Source: an uncultured Myxococcales bacterium (GTDB lineage: Bacteria > Myxococcota_A > Polyangia > Palsa-1104 > JAEUJZ01). From it: a stretch of DNA of 64,000 nt. Position numbers and translations under genes: made by a program. The stretch covers positions 4,161 through 68,160 of the forward strand of contig CALMML010000112.1 of the NCBI GenBank assembly GCA_937868485.1, given 5' to 3'. Under the pieces are notes generated by a model that saw only the letters and a list, made by a program, of their open reading frames with translations, was not told where the DNA came from and searched no databases. Below, in pieces: positions 10,626-20,488 of the stretch (its first letter is position 1; each line of letters begins with the position of its first letter).

Positions 10626-12014
10626 TTAGGGCTCTTCGTCTTCATCCAGAACATCGGCGCGACTGCCACTGACCTGTACGCCGTACTTGGTCAGCAAGCG
10701 CTTAAGCTGCGTCCGATGCAGTCCCAAAAGCCGCGCGGATGCACTGATGTTGCCCTCACTTCGCCGCAGCGCTTCCTCGATTTGATTCCGATCGGGCTGT
10801 TCTTTGCGTGAAATCGGCGGATGAAGCAGCACCGCGCACGGCGGCGTGGACTCCTCACTGCGCTCGATGGGCTGACCGGCGTGTGCGCTCAGGTGCGAAG
10901 GCTCCAGACGACTCGACTCTCTTCCCAAGGCCTGATGCGCGGCGGCGCGAACTTCCGCCAGCAGCTCTCGGACATTGCCCGGCCAGGCACGCAAAAGACA
11001 CAGCTCGACAAACAGCGCATGCACGGACAGCGCTTGAGGAATCGCGCGCAGCCCCAGCTGAATCAGCCACGGAATCTCTTCGGGACGCTGACGAAGAAGA
11101 GGCACCGTCACACTCGGACTGCCAATGCGAAAATAGAGATCTTCCCGAAAGCGCGAGCTGCTTACTTCTTGCCGCAGGTTGCGATGGGAAGCGGTACAGA
11201 TGGACAGGTTCACCAGCCGAGGACGCAGCGCGCCCATCGCCAGCACTTCTTTGGTTTCAATGACGCGAAGGAGCTTGGCTTGGACCGCCAAATCCAGCTC
11301 TGCCACTTCATCCAGAAACAGTGTTCCACCGTCGGCAGACTGAATCAGTCCTTCGCTGTCTGCAACCGCTCCTGAAAACGCGCCACGGCGCGCCCCAAAC
11401 AGCAGTCGCTCTGCCACACCTGGAGCAATCGTCGCACAGTTTATCGCAACAAACGGACCGCTGCCGCGCTGACCAGCGGAGTGAAACGCGCGCGCGATTC
11501 CTTCTTTGCCGCTGCCACTGTCTCCGGTGATGTGTAGCGTCCTTCCGTACTGTGCCGCACGCGCCGCTTGTTGCAGCGCTTCCTGAAGCAGCGGACCGAC
11601 GACGCGATCCTCTGTCACCCGCACGCCCAGCTTTTGAAACGGACGAAGATCCGCGCAAAACAGAAACAGCGAGTCCCCCGTTCGCAGCACCTTCGCCACC
11701 GCGCTCGCGATCGATCCAGTGACGCGCACACCATCGACATAACAGCCGTTTTGACTGCCCAGATCGCTCACCCGAAAGCGCTCTCCGTCAAACGAGACAC
11801 TTGCGTGCTTGCGCGACATCCGAGGATCGCTCGGAAACAGCGACTTTCCATCGCCGCGTCCCACTTCCAGCGCATTCCCTGTCATCGGAATCGCCGTGCA
11901 GCGCGGTGTCCCTTGCGCAAAGACCAGTAGCAGACCTGGAACCGGAAGCCCGCTGCCTTCGCCTCCCGCTGTACTGCTTACGGAGTCGCGCAAGGTCACA
12001 GGTTGATTCGCCAT
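10626..12014 (-). CDS. Sigma-54-dependent Fis-family transcriptional activator with an N-terminal FHA domain.
   Basis: FHA core (GR...DP..SR.HA....G..F.V.DLGS.NG..V). AAA+ sigma-54 interaction domain with Walker A GDSGSGKE and a GAFTGA-like GAFSGA loop. C-terminal Fis HTH (ARLLGLHRTQLKRLL). Confidence 0.85.
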   Translation of the reverse strand: MANQPVTLRDSVSSTAGGEGSGLPVPGLLLVFAQGTPRCTAIPMTGNALEVGRGDGKSLFPSDPRMSRKHASVSFDGERFRVSDLGSQNGCYVDGVRVTGSIASAVAKVLRTGDSLFLFCADLRPFQKLGVRVTEDRVVGPLLQEALQQAARAAQYGRTLHITGDSGSGKEGIARAFHSAGQRGSGPFVAINCATIAPGVAERLLFGARRGAFSGAVADSEGLIQSADGGTLFLDEVAELDLAVQAKLLRVIETKEVLAMGALRPRLVNLSICTASHRNLRQEVSSSRFREDLYFRIGSPSVTVPLLRQRPEEIPWLIQLGLRAIPQALSVHALFVELCLLRAWPGNVRELLAEVRAAAHQALGRESSRLEPSHLSAHAGQPIERSEESTPPCAVLLHPPISRKEQPDRNQIEEALRRSEGNISASARLLGLHRTQLKRLLTKYGVQVSGSRADVLDEDEEP

Positions 12015-12122
12015 CGTGCGTACATCTTACCGCGCACAAGCACCCGGCAGCGGAGCCCCGCGACGGGTCCAGGCAGCCGCCCCAGCCACACAGGTGGGTA
12101 CATTCCCGCGCTTTGCGACTGG

Positions 12123-12467
12123 CTACTCGGACTCTGGCCCGACCGTGCGCTGATCCGCGAGCGAGCTTCCCCACGCAGCAATCGCGTCATACACCGTCCG
12201 AAAGCCCTGCCCCGCCGCCGTCAGCTCATACTCGACGCGAATCGGAGGCCCCGGATGCACGATCCGTCGCACCACACCTTGCGCTTCCAGCTCTTTGAGC
12301 CGCGTCGACAAGATCCGATCCCCAATGGCAGGAATGCGCGCGCCGATCTCTGAAAAGCGCAGCGCGCCATCTTCCAAGGTCGCGACAATCAGTCCTGTCC
12401 AGGGCTTGGCCAAGACCTCCATCGCTTCTTGAAATCGTGGGCACAGCCCTTCACAGGTTCGCTTCAT
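12123..12467 (-). CDS. HxlR family winged-helix transcriptional regulator.
   Basis: CP..ALE......W...I...L..G..RFSEI.....I..R.LS.RLKELE..G.V.R......P..VEYELT..G pattern. 114 aa. Confidence 0.8.
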   Translation of the reverse strand: MKRTCEGLCPRFQEAMEVLAKPWTGLIVATLEDGALRFSEIGARIPAIGDRILSTRLKELEAQGVVRRIVHPGPPIRVEYELTAAGQGFRTVYDAIAAWGSSLADQRTVGPESE

Positions 12468-12557
12468 CGCTTGCTCTCGAGTTCAGTATGCGCAGCCGCT
12501 GCAAAAAAGAAAGTGACTTGACGATCGGAAGCACGAGCCTTAGCCTACTTCATGTGT

Positions 12558-12578
12558 TAAGGGAAGCTGCTTCCTAAT
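12558..12578. promoter_or_regulatory. Palindromic candidate operator (ttaAGGGAAGCtGCTTCCTaa) in the hxlR / SDR divergent intergenic region.
   Basis: GGAAGC-t-GCTTCC perfect inverted repeat. It is centred between the divergent starts at 12467 and 12672. Confidence 0.4.
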
Positions 12579-12671
12579 TTGCAGCGACAACCGATGATGA
12601 GGCAGTGACCAGCACAGTACGGCCTGCCTCCTCAGCCAACCCGCAGCGCGGACACGACAGGAGCTTTTGAC

Positions 12672-13409
12672 ATGAGCACTCTGAGCAAGCGAGTCATCTT
12701 GATCACCGGAGCGAACAAGGGAATCGGGCTGGAGACGGCCCGGCAGCTTGGCAAAGAAGGACACACGATCATCGTCGCCGCGCGCGATGAAAAGAAAGCG
12801 CAAGCCGCCGTGGCAGAGCTGAGCCAAGAAGGCGTCGATGCCCGTCCGCTGGTGCTCGATGTCACCAGTGCGGAGTCGATCGCGCAGGCCGCAAAGCAGA
12901 TCGAACAGCAGTTTGGCAAGCTCGATACGCTCATCAACAATGCGGGTCTGGCGCTGGAAGGCTGGGGCAGCAAGGCCAGCACGACGCCGGTTGACGACTG
13001 GCGCAAGATCTATGAAACGAACGTGTTTGGTCTGGTGGCGGTGACGCAAGCGCTGCTGCCGCTCGTGAAAAAGAGCGAAGCCGGTCGCATCGTCAACCTG
13101 AGCAGCATCCTCGGCTCGCTGGCGCTGCACGCTGACCCGAAGTCGCCGATCTATGACTTCAAGGCTGCGGCCTATGACAGCTCGAAGTCGGCAGTGAACC
13201 AGTTCACGCTGCACCTTGTTCACGAGCTACGCGGCACGCCGATCAAGGTGAACTCCGCACATCCGGGCTGGGTGAAGACCGATATGGGTGGACAGGACGC
13301 ACCGATGAACGTCGTCGATGGAGCCAAGACCAGCGTGTGGCTGGCGACGCTTCCGGCGGACGGACCGACCGGCGGCTTCTTCCACCTGCAAGATCAGCTT
13401 CCTTGGTAA
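12672..13409 (+). CDS. SDR family NAD(P)-dependent oxidoreductase.
   Basis: TGANKGIG cofactor motif, NNAG, catalytic YDSSK. Divergent from hxlR, the classic HxlR-regulated arrangement. Confidence 0.85.
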   Translation: MSTLSKRVILITGANKGIGLETARQLGKEGHTIIVAARDEKKAQAAVAELSQEGVDARPLVLDVTSAESIAQAAKQIEQQFGKLDTLINNAGLALEGWGSKASTTPVDDWRKIYETNVFGLVAVTQALLPLVKKSEAGRIVNLSSILGSLALHADPKSPIYDFKAAAYDSSKSAVNQFTLHLVHELRGTPIKVNSAHPGWVKTDMGGQDAPMNVVDGAKTSVWLATLPADGPTGGFFHLQDQLPW

Positions 13410-13497
13410 CAGCCTCGCAGCTCGCTTGTTTTGGGACGGTCACCTGCGGTAGAAATGCGTACGTAAGTACTCGATTTCTCCGAGGTGACAGGTATCC

Positions 13498-15081
13498 ATG
13501 GCCAGCCCCAATCCGTCGAACGATAAGTCTTCGCAAAAAGCCCCCGCCGCCAAGAACGAATCCAGCATCACCCCGCGCAGCGTAAGCTACAGCGACTGGT
13601 ATCTCGACGTGATCCGCCAAGCCGAGCTGGCCGAACACAGCGCGGTCCGTGGCTGCATGGTCATCCGTCCGCACGGCTACTCGATCTGGGAAAAGATGCA
13701 GCGAGAGCTGGACGACCGCTTCAAAGCGACCGGCCACGTCAACGCCTACTTCCCAATGTTCATTCCGCTGTCGTTTCTGACGCGCGAAGAACAGCACGCC
13801 GCCGGCTTTGCCAAAGAGTGCGCGGTGGTCACGCATCACCGACTCAAAGCGATTGATGGCGTGGTGCAGGTCGATCCCGACTCGAAGCTGGAAGAGCCGC
13901 TCGTGGTTCGTCCAACCAGCGAGACGATCATCTGGAACCAGTACAAAAACTGGATTCAGAGCTATCGCGATCTGCCGCTGCTCATCAATCAGTGGGCCAA
14001 CGTGGTGCGCTGGGAGCTGCGGACGCGCCTGTTTCTGCGTACCGCAGAGTTTCTGTGGCAAGAAGGACACACCGCGCACGCGACGGAACAAGAAGCGCTC
14101 GAAGAGACGGCCAAGATGCTCGATGTCTACGCCGACTTTGCGCAGAACGTGATGGCGGTTCCGGTCATCAAAGGTCGCAAGACGCCGGGAGAGCGCTTCG
14201 CAGGCGCGCTCGACACGATGTGCATCGAAGCGATGATGCAGGACGGAAAAGCGCTGCAAGCGGGCACGTCGCACTACTTGGGACAGAACTTTTCCAAAGC
14301 GGCGGATGTGAAGTTCCTAAACCGTGAAGGAAAGCTGGAATACGTCTACGCAACCAGCTGGGGAGTCAGCACACGGCTCGTCGGTGCGCTCATCATGACG
14401 CACTCCGATGATGGCGGTCTGATTCTGCCGCCAAAGCTTGCGCCGATTCACGTTGTGATCGTTCCGATTTATCGCAAAGACGATGAAAAGGAGCGCGTGT
14501 TCGCCGAAGCCGACAAGGTCAAAGCGGAGCTATGCGCAAAAGGACTCACCGTCAAGTTCGACGACCGCGACAACATGCAGCCCGGTGCGAAGTTCTACGA
14601 GTGGGAAAGCAAAGGCGTTCCCATCCGCATCGAGATCGGACCCAAGGATCTCGACAAGGGCGTCCTGTGCTTGGTTCGTCGCTTCGTCCTCGATCAGCCC
14701 GGTGAGTCCGTCGAAGATCAGCGCAAGCGTCGCAAGAGCTTTGTACCGCGCGCCGAAGCCATCGAAGGAATCCCCACAATCCTCGCGGGCATGCAAAAAG
14801 AGCTGTACGACCGCGCGCTCGCGTTCCGCAACAGCCGCACCCGCATCATCGACACCATCGAAGACTTCGAGCGCTTCTTCAAACAAGAAGGCGGCGGCTT
14901 TGCCTGGGTTCACTGGGCGGGCACGGGCGACGACGAAGATCAGATGTCGAAGCGCTTTGAGACCACCATCCGCTGCATTCCCCTGCCTGATCAGATTCCC
15001 AGCGAAGCCCAGGGAAGCGGCACCTGCATCCTCACCGGCAAGCCGTCTGCGCAGCGCGTGATCATGGCCAAGGCCTACTGA
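13498..15081 (+). CDS. proS: Proline--tRNA ligase, archaeal/eukaryotic-type class II ProRS.
   Basis: Class II motifs. No bacterial INS editing insertion. C-terminal zinc-binding domain ending ...MAKAY, the C-terminal Tyr typical of this subtype. 527 aa. Confidence 0.9.
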   Translation: MASPNPSNDKSSQKAPAAKNESSITPRSVSYSDWYLDVIRQAELAEHSAVRGCMVIRPHGYSIWEKMQRELDDRFKATGHVNAYFPMFIPLSFLTREEQHAAGFAKECAVVTHHRLKAIDGVVQVDPDSKLEEPLVVRPTSETIIWNQYKNWIQSYRDLPLLINQWANVVRWELRTRLFLRTAEFLWQEGHTAHATEQEALEETAKMLDVYADFAQNVMAVPVIKGRKTPGERFAGALDTMCIEAMMQDGKALQAGTSHYLGQNFSKAADVKFLNREGKLEYVYATSWGVSTRLVGALIMTHSDDGGLILPPKLAPIHVVIVPIYRKDDEKERVFAEADKVKAELCAKGLTVKFDDRDNMQPGAKFYEWESKGVPIRIEIGPKDLDKGVLCLVRRFVLDQPGESVEDQRKRRKSFVPRAEAIEGIPTILAGMQKELYDRALAFRNSRTRIIDTIEDFERFFKQEGGGFAWVHWAGTGDDEDQMSKRFETTIRCIPLPDQIPSEAQGSGTCILTGKPSAQRVIMAKAY

Positions 15082-15087
15082 TTCCGC

Positions 15088-15510
15088 TCACAGACTCCCT
15101 TCGCGTAGGTACTGCAGCGCTTCCTCTTCACTGCTTGTAATCAGCCGCTCGACTCCGTCCGACTTCGCGTGTCGCTTGATCTGAAGCGCACCGACGGCCA
15201 TCTTCACCAGCACCGCGTTGCGCACAAAGCCTCTGTGAACGAGCGGAATCAGCGGCATGACGATCTGTTCAAACGCCGGATCGTTGCGCGCTGGACCTTG
15301 CCGCATGTCTCCCAGAAAGCAGCGTCCCCGGCGCCCGGCGCGATCACAGGCTTCGATCACATCCAGCCAGCCTCTGCGCACCGCGTCTAGCGAAGGAAAC
15401 GGCTCACTCGTGCGCTTCATCCGTACCAGCTGCTCGGATTCATCGAGGTGAATCACGAAGTATGGAGTGCGCAAGATCTCCCGCAGCGGCACGCTGCAAT
15501 GATAGCCCAC
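15088..15510 (-). CDS. Hypothetical protein, possibly STAS/SpoIIAA-like fold.
   Basis: Good GC3. C-terminal ...VAVGALQI...SSEEEALQYL resembles STAS-family C-termini. It shares architecture with the protein at 38973-39428. The start may be the internal M (MKRTSEP). Confidence 0.4.
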   Translation of the reverse strand: MGYHCSVPLREILRTPYFVIHLDESEQLVRMKRTSEPFPSLDAVRRGWLDVIEACDRAGRRGRCFLGDMRQGPARNDPAFEQIVMPLIPLVHRGFVRNAVLVKMAVGALQIKRHAKSDGVERLITSSEEEALQYLREGSL

Positions 15511-15540
15511 GCCTCGCGCCCTGCTCGTCGAGTAATACGC

Positions 15541-16251
15541 TTACCCCAACGACCTGTGTAGGACTTCCATCACCACGTTGCAGGTTGCGTGAAACAGCGA
15601 TCCAGCCAGCACCGATCCGCTCAGGTGGCGCAAGATTCCAAACAGCAGACCCGGAAAGAACACAAGCAGCGACGCTGGATGGAACGTCACCAGATAGTGA
15701 CCCAGTGCAAACAGCGCTGCGGACAGAAGCCACGCGCGCCAGCCGCTCATCACCTCACCCAGGCGCTGCTGGATGTAGCCACGGAAGAAGAACTCCTCGG
15801 GCAGCGCCACCACCAGCACCTGCGACACAATCAGCAGAGGCAGCTTGGGCGGCAGTCGCAGCGTCTTGGCCATCGGTGTCGGACAGACCACCAGCTTCGC
15901 CAGCAGCTGCGGACACAGCTTGTTCACGAACTGATCGTAGACGACCCCAAACACTGGCAGGATGAGCAGCGTCGCAAGCAGCCACAGCCCGACTCCTTTG
16001 CCGAGCGGACGAAAGCGCAGCCCATAGTCTTCTAGCTCGAAGCCTCGTCGCCACAGAAGCAGCGCAGGCAGATACAGAAACGCCACCGCCGCCACCACCG
16101 CGATGTTGCTTTCCACAAACGGAATGCTGCGCAGCCGATACAGGATCGCCACCAGCACCGTCGCCGCCAGAAACACGCCCAGCACTTCTTGCAGGACGGC
16201 TCGACGACTCGGAGGCAGCACAGGAGAAGGAGACAGAGACGGTGCAGACAC
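15541..16251 (-). CDS. CPBP family intramembrane glutamic endopeptidase (CAAX protease / Abi family).
   Basis: EEFFFRG, FALGHY and HATCN motifs on a polytopic membrane protein. Confidence 0.75.
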   Translation of the reverse strand: MSAPSLSPSPVLPPSRRAVLQEVLGVFLAATVLVAILYRLRSIPFVESNIAVVAAVAFLYLPALLLWRRGFELEDYGLRFRPLGKGVGLWLLATLLILPVFGVVYDQFVNKLCPQLLAKLVVCPTPMAKTLRLPPKLPLLIVSQVLVVALPEEFFFRGYIQQRLGEVMSGWRAWLLSAALFALGHYLVTFHPASLLVFFPGLLFGILRHLSGSVLAGSLFHATCNVVMEVLHRSLG

Positions 16252-16287
16252 GGGATCTTCGATGAAGGTTACGCTGCGATGACGGGC

Positions 16288-17970
16288 TTAGCGCGGCTGA
16301 TTTGGACGACCGTCGAGCACCAGCTGACGCATCGTTCCCACCACCTGCGGCTCCGCCAGTGGTCCGATGCTGTTGGTCTCTTCGTAGTGGTCGCCTTCCG
16401 CTTCCGCAAAGTACGGCTTCTTTTCATCGAGCAGCCAGTTGTAGCGCGGCACGATGTAGCCCACAAAGTCGTGCGTCAGGCCCCACGTCATCCGCAGCTT
16501 GGGATCGCCATCCATCACATCGATCAAGTACGGCGGCTTCGGTGCTTTGCTCACGTCGGCAGCGTTTGGCTTCTTGGTGTCAATAAAGGTGTACTTGCCT
16601 GCGTACTCACCACCGTAGCCACCAATGAACAGCTCCGGCAGCAGCTCACCCGGATTGGTGATGATCGACGCTGGGCCAATCTGTAGATACGTCACCTGCG
16701 TCTCCACCGACGGCAGGTTGTCTTCGTCCACCGCGCGGGTGTTGTCGTAGCAGCACACCGAGCGCTGATAAATCTTGAGCTGAAGCGCCAGGTGATACAG
16801 CCGATTGGCCACCTGCGCCGGGAACGACGTCGTGCGGTAGCTCAGCTTGGCCGACTTGCCTTCCACCGTCACCGCCGCCGGGTCCGCCATCGAGGTCTTG
16901 GCAAACGCTGCCACGCCCTTGCCAATCCACTCGACCTTTTCGAAGCTGCCGCTCTTGTACTCGTTGCCCTTGTCGTCGATCGCCACGACCTTGCCCGGTC
17001 CAATCTGTCCGCCGAGCGCGCCGCTTACGTACACCACCGGACCCGAGCCTGCGATCTCCAGCTCTTTGCGCAGGTAGTGAACAAAGTCCGACGTAATCAG
17101 GTGATTCGACGAGCCCGCGCCTTCGGGGTGATGCGCCCAGTTCACCAGCGTCGCAATCGGCCTGGGCGGCGTCGTCGATAGATCCATGAACTGCATCGTG
17201 TGCAGCCGAGGATTGATCACCACCGGATCGCGAGAGTCACCGACATAGCGATGCATGTCTCCGCCGGCGTCCTGCACCAGCACCGAGTTCATCGTCACCC
17301 GCGACGGCTTAATCGCCATCACTGCTTCGGACGCGGCCTCGGCAATCAGCTTGCGCACGCGCTGCTGGTAGGTGCGGTTGATGCCACTGTTGAAGTTGTC
17401 CGGGCCCCAGCCACCGACCAAATCCGGTGCTTGATGCAGGTGCGTTGCATGCACCATCAACAAGTCCACACCCAGCCGAGGATCAATCAGCTTTTCGATC
17501 TCTGGCGTCTCGTCCCGAAACAGACCCAGCGCATCGACCGACACCAGCACCACCACCGTCTGGTTCTGCTTCCAGGCGATCGCCCGCGCCCACATCGAAT
17601 CATGCACACCGTACGCGAGCCGACCGTTGCCGTAGCCCGCCATCCAGTACGCATCGAACTTGCCGTTGCCGTTCTTGTCGACGTACGGCTCACCGTCGTC
17701 CCACACGCCGTTTTTGTTGCTGTCGGTGAACGACTCGATCTCTGGCGTGATGTCGCGGACGCCGTAGCCGACGTACAGCGTGCTGTCGCCCCCGTCTGGG
17801 CAGCTTGAATCGCCGGGACAGCGACCACTTATCTTGAGCGGGAGCTCATCCGGATCGAGCGTGGTCTTGACGGCCATATCGGGGCTTGTGTCTTGCGGCG
17901 GCTCTCCCGGTGGACAGCCCAGTAGCAGCAGAGACAAGCCCCACACGGTCCATTTCGCTCGTCGTAGCAT
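16288..17970 (-). CDS. Neutral/alkaline ceramidase-like secreted lipoprotein.
   Basis: Signal peptide plus LLLLGC lipobox. VGYGVRDITP, MWARAIA, VVLVSVDALG and VHATHLHQAP motifs parallel the ceramidase N-terminal domain (GxGxADITG, QWARAF, VYVNTDLG, ATHTHSGP). Confidence 0.6.
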   Translation of the reverse strand: MLRRAKWTVWGLSLLLLGCPPGEPPQDTSPDMAVKTTLDPDELPLKISGRCPGDSSCPDGGDSTLYVGYGVRDITPEIESFTDSNKNGVWDDGEPYVDKNGNGKFDAYWMAGYGNGRLAYGVHDSMWARAIAWKQNQTVVVLVSVDALGLFRDETPEIEKLIDPRLGVDLLMVHATHLHQAPDLVGGWGPDNFNSGINRTYQQRVRKLIAEAASEAVMAIKPSRVTMNSVLVQDAGGDMHRYVGDSRDPVVINPRLHTMQFMDLSTTPPRPIATLVNWAHHPEGAGSSNHLITSDFVHYLRKELEIAGSGPVVYVSGALGGQIGPGKVVAIDDKGNEYKSGSFEKVEWIGKGVAAFAKTSMADPAAVTVEGKSAKLSYRTTSFPAQVANRLYHLALQLKIYQRSVCCYDNTRAVDEDNLPSVETQVTYLQIGPASIITNPGELLPELFIGGYGGEYAGKYTFIDTKKPNAADVSKAPKPPYLIDVMDGDPKLRMTWGLTHDFVGYIVPRYNWLLDEKKPYFAEAEGDHYEETNSIGPLAEPQVVGTMRQLVLDGRPNQPR

Positions 17971-18013
17971 CGCCAGCTCCTTGTGACGGGTATTGCAGGG
18001 GGGAATCGGGCGG

Positions 18014-19195
18014 TCAGCCGTGCGTCAGCGCGAAGAACACGCCAACATTCGACAGCAGATAGACTTCGCTGGCAGATGCACTCGGTCGCGCCGAAGCGCC
18101 CTGGCCGGGGTTGAAGGCCTGAAGAAGCTCGCCGCTTGCGCCGTCGACGATCAGCAGCCCACTTGCCACCGAGTTAAACAGCACATACCGACTCCACACG
18201 AGCGGTGCCGAGATCTCGCCGTGCTTGCTCGGACTCTGCTGCCACAGAAGACGCCCCTTGCGGTCGAGCGCAATCATGCCCTGCGTCGCCGAAGCCGCAT
18301 ACAGCCGCTCGCCCCCTGGATCAGCGGCAAGCTGTCCCGCCGCTTCCAGCTCATAGCGCCAGCGCGTCGAGCCGTCTTTGACATCCAGCGCGAACACGCC
18401 GCTTGAAAAGCACGACACAAACAGGGTGTCGCCCATCAGAACAGGCGTGCTGTCCACATCGGTAAAGCGAGTGGCATTACCGGACAGCTGCCGCGTCCAT
18501 AGAAGCTCTCCGTTTTCGGCTTGTAGGCAGCCCAAGTAGCCATCGGGAAAGCCCACGTAGACGCGTCCGCCCGTCACCAGCGCGCCCGAGCCACCGCGAA
18601 TGGCAAAGCCATCGGGCGTCTCTCGCTCGTACTGCCAGACCCACTTACCAGTACCAAGCTTGTGGGCATAGATGCGGCCCGCCGTGGTGGTGGTGAAGAC
18701 CAGTCCGCCCGATACCGTTGGCTGGGTGCGCACCGGACCCGAAAGCTGCATCGACCAGCGAACCTCACCGGTCTTGGGCGACAGCGCGGTCAGCATGCCA
18801 TCGTCATCTCCGACCAGCAGCAGCGGCTCGTTGGTCGCTTCGCCCGCCGGCACGTACAGTGGCTCGGATGCCAGTCCGCCGGTGAGCTGATGTCGCCACA
18901 GGACCTCGCCGTCACGCTGGCGCAGGGCATACAGCACCTTGGCCGAGCTACCAACAAACACAGTCTGACCATCGGGAGACAGCGCGGCGGTCGCAAACTC
19001 TTGGGGGTTGTAAGCGAAGAAGGCCTGAGACAAGACCAGAGGCCGACTCCAGCGAACCCGCAGCACCGCTTCGGGCGCGATGAATGTCTCGCGCGCCATT
19101 GTCACCCCGCCGAGCTTGGCCGGACGCGGCGCCAGGCCGAGGCCCGCGCACCCACACAGTCCCAGCACAAGCGGCAGCCACGCCTTGGCTGTCAT
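18014..19195 (-). CDS. bamB: BamB-like PQQ beta-propeller lipoprotein (outer membrane protein assembly factor).
   Basis: Lipobox LGLCGC. Repeated G.vlW...g....s.P motifs of PQQ-type propeller blades. It directly follows a yfgM-like gene, as in E. coli yfgM-bamB. Confidence 0.7.
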   Translation of the reverse strand: MTAKAWLPLVLGLCGCAGLGLAPRPAKLGGVTMARETFIAPEAVLRVRWSRPLVLSQAFFAYNPQEFATAALSPDGQTVFVGSSAKVLYALRQRDGEVLWRHQLTGGLASEPLYVPAGEATNEPLLLVGDDDGMLTALSPKTGEVRWSMQLSGPVRTQPTVSGGLVFTTTTAGRIYAHKLGTGKWVWQYERETPDGFAIRGGSGALVTGGRVYVGFPDGYLGCLQAENGELLWTRQLSGNATRFTDVDSTPVLMGDTLFVSCFSSGVFALDVKDGSTRWRYELEAAGQLAADPGGERLYAASATQGMIALDRKGRLLWQQSPSKHGEISAPLVWSRYVLFNSVASGLLIVDGASGELLQAFNPGQGASARPSASASEVYLLSNVGVFFALTHG

Positions 19196-19924
19196 CTACT
19201 GCTCCAGCTGCGACAGGCGGTTCTGGATGTCGTCGCGCAGCGAGCTCTTCGCATCGCCCTTGGCCAGCATCTCTTTGTAGATCTCGATGGCTTTGGCCTT
19301 GTTGCCTTGCTTGGCGTAGATCCGAGCCAGGTTCCACTGCGAGCGCTCTTTCCACAGATCGCCCGCCGTCTGCGCCGTATAAGCCGCCAGCGCAGCGTTC
19401 AGATCGCCACGCGCCTCGGCACACAGGCCAATGCCTTCTTGGGCCATCAGCACCAGCGCTTGCTCTCGCGGCTTGGCATCGACGAAGCGACGATACAGCG
19501 ACTCGGCTTCGGGATAGCGGCCCTGATCGTAGGCCAGCGACGCCTTCACCAGCGTCGCCCGCAGCGCAGCCGGGGTGCTGGCATAGTCCTTGTCTAGGTC
19601 GCCCAGCACCTTGAGCGCACTGTCCTGGCGCTCCTTGTTCGTCTTAAAGCGTGGAACCTCGTCGCTCTGCTCCACGTCTTTTTCTTGCTCGGTGATGAGC
19701 GGCGCTTCAGAAATCCGAAGGGCCCGCCCCAGCGCTTCCGTCGAGCGCTCCTTGCGTCCATCCAGGTACTGAGTGATCGCCCATCCCGCGACGATCACGA
19801 CCACCAGTCCGACCAGCAGCACCAGACCGCGCGAAAAATACACGGTGATGCTTTCCCACTTCCGCTGCCAAAAGCCAACGAACCCGTCCGGGGCTCCCGA
19901 GGCTGTATGGTGTTGTTTGGACAC
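19196..19924 (-). CDS. YfgM-like TPR membrane protein (N-terminal TM anchor, periplasmic TPR).
   Basis: GAAGGAG RBS sits 6 nt upstream of a GTG at 19924. TM helix LVLLVGLVVVIVAGWAI is followed by a TPR-like region. It is translationally adjacent to bamB (stop/start at 19195/19196). Confidence 0.6.
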   Translation of the reverse strand: MSKQHHTASGAPDGFVGFWQRKWESITVYFSRGLVLLVGLVVVIVAGWAITQYLDGRKERSTEALGRALRISEAPLITEQEKDVEQSDEVPRFKTNKERQDSALKVLGDLDKDYASTPAALRATLVKASLAYDQGRYPEAESLYRRFVDAKPREQALVLMAQEGIGLCAEARGDLNAALAAYTAQTAGDLWKERSQWNLARIYAKQGNKAKAIEIYKEMLAKGDAKSSLRDDIQNRLSQLEQ

Positions 19925-20180
19925 GCAAAGCTCCTTCCGAAGAGGTAGGGACGCTAACAAACCCGGCCCGTGTCCGTCAAGAAACGCAAGTGTGCGCGCG
20001 TCGTAGGCCAGTCCCTAGCAGGGCGGCTTGGGCGATTGCCGACGCAACCCAACGACTGGCGCACTGGCGCACCGCTTGCCGTTGTCGTGGTCGGGCTGCT
20101 CATGGCCAGGACCGCCGCTTCGCCGTGTCGTAGTCAGGCTTCTTTGGAACGGAAGCGCAGCTTCAACCGCTCGTGAATGC

Positions 20181-20460
20181 GCGCTGCGTTCGCCTGACTG
20201 TGCTTTCAGCGCCCAGTGTCGCGCTCGGCGTTCGCCTGACTGCGCTTTCAGCGCCCGGCGTCGCGCTCGGCGTTCGCTTGGCTGTGCTTTCAGCGCCCAG
20301 AGTCGCGCTCGGCGTGCGCTTGGCTGCGCTTTCAGCGCCCGGAGTCATGCTCGGCGTGCGCTTGGCTGCGCTTTCAGCGCCCGGAGTCATGCTCGGCGTG
20401 CGCTTGGCTGCGCTTTCAGCGCTCAGAGTCGTGCTCGGCGTTCGCCTGGCTGCGCTCTGC
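20181..20460. repeat. Tandem array of about 6.7 copies of a 42-bp unit (GCGCTCGGCGTKCGCYTGRCTGYGCTTTCAGCGCCCRGMGTC). Each unit contains the palindrome GCGCT-TTC-AGCGC.
   Basis: Read directly from the sequence. Units are 42 bp, contiguous with no unique spacers, and differ by a few SNPs. The array lies between the queE 3' end and the yfgM-like start. Confidence 0.85.
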
Positions 20461-20488
20461 GTGGTGCAAGCGACACACCGAGTCCCAG

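Noticed and set aside
13243-14274. 343 aa minus-strand ORF across proS.
   Set aside because: Antisense to an unambiguous ProRS gene.
20181-20460. Possible CRISPR array.
   Set aside because: Units are contiguous with no unique spacers, and no cas genes are nearby. This is a minisatellite-type tandem repeat.
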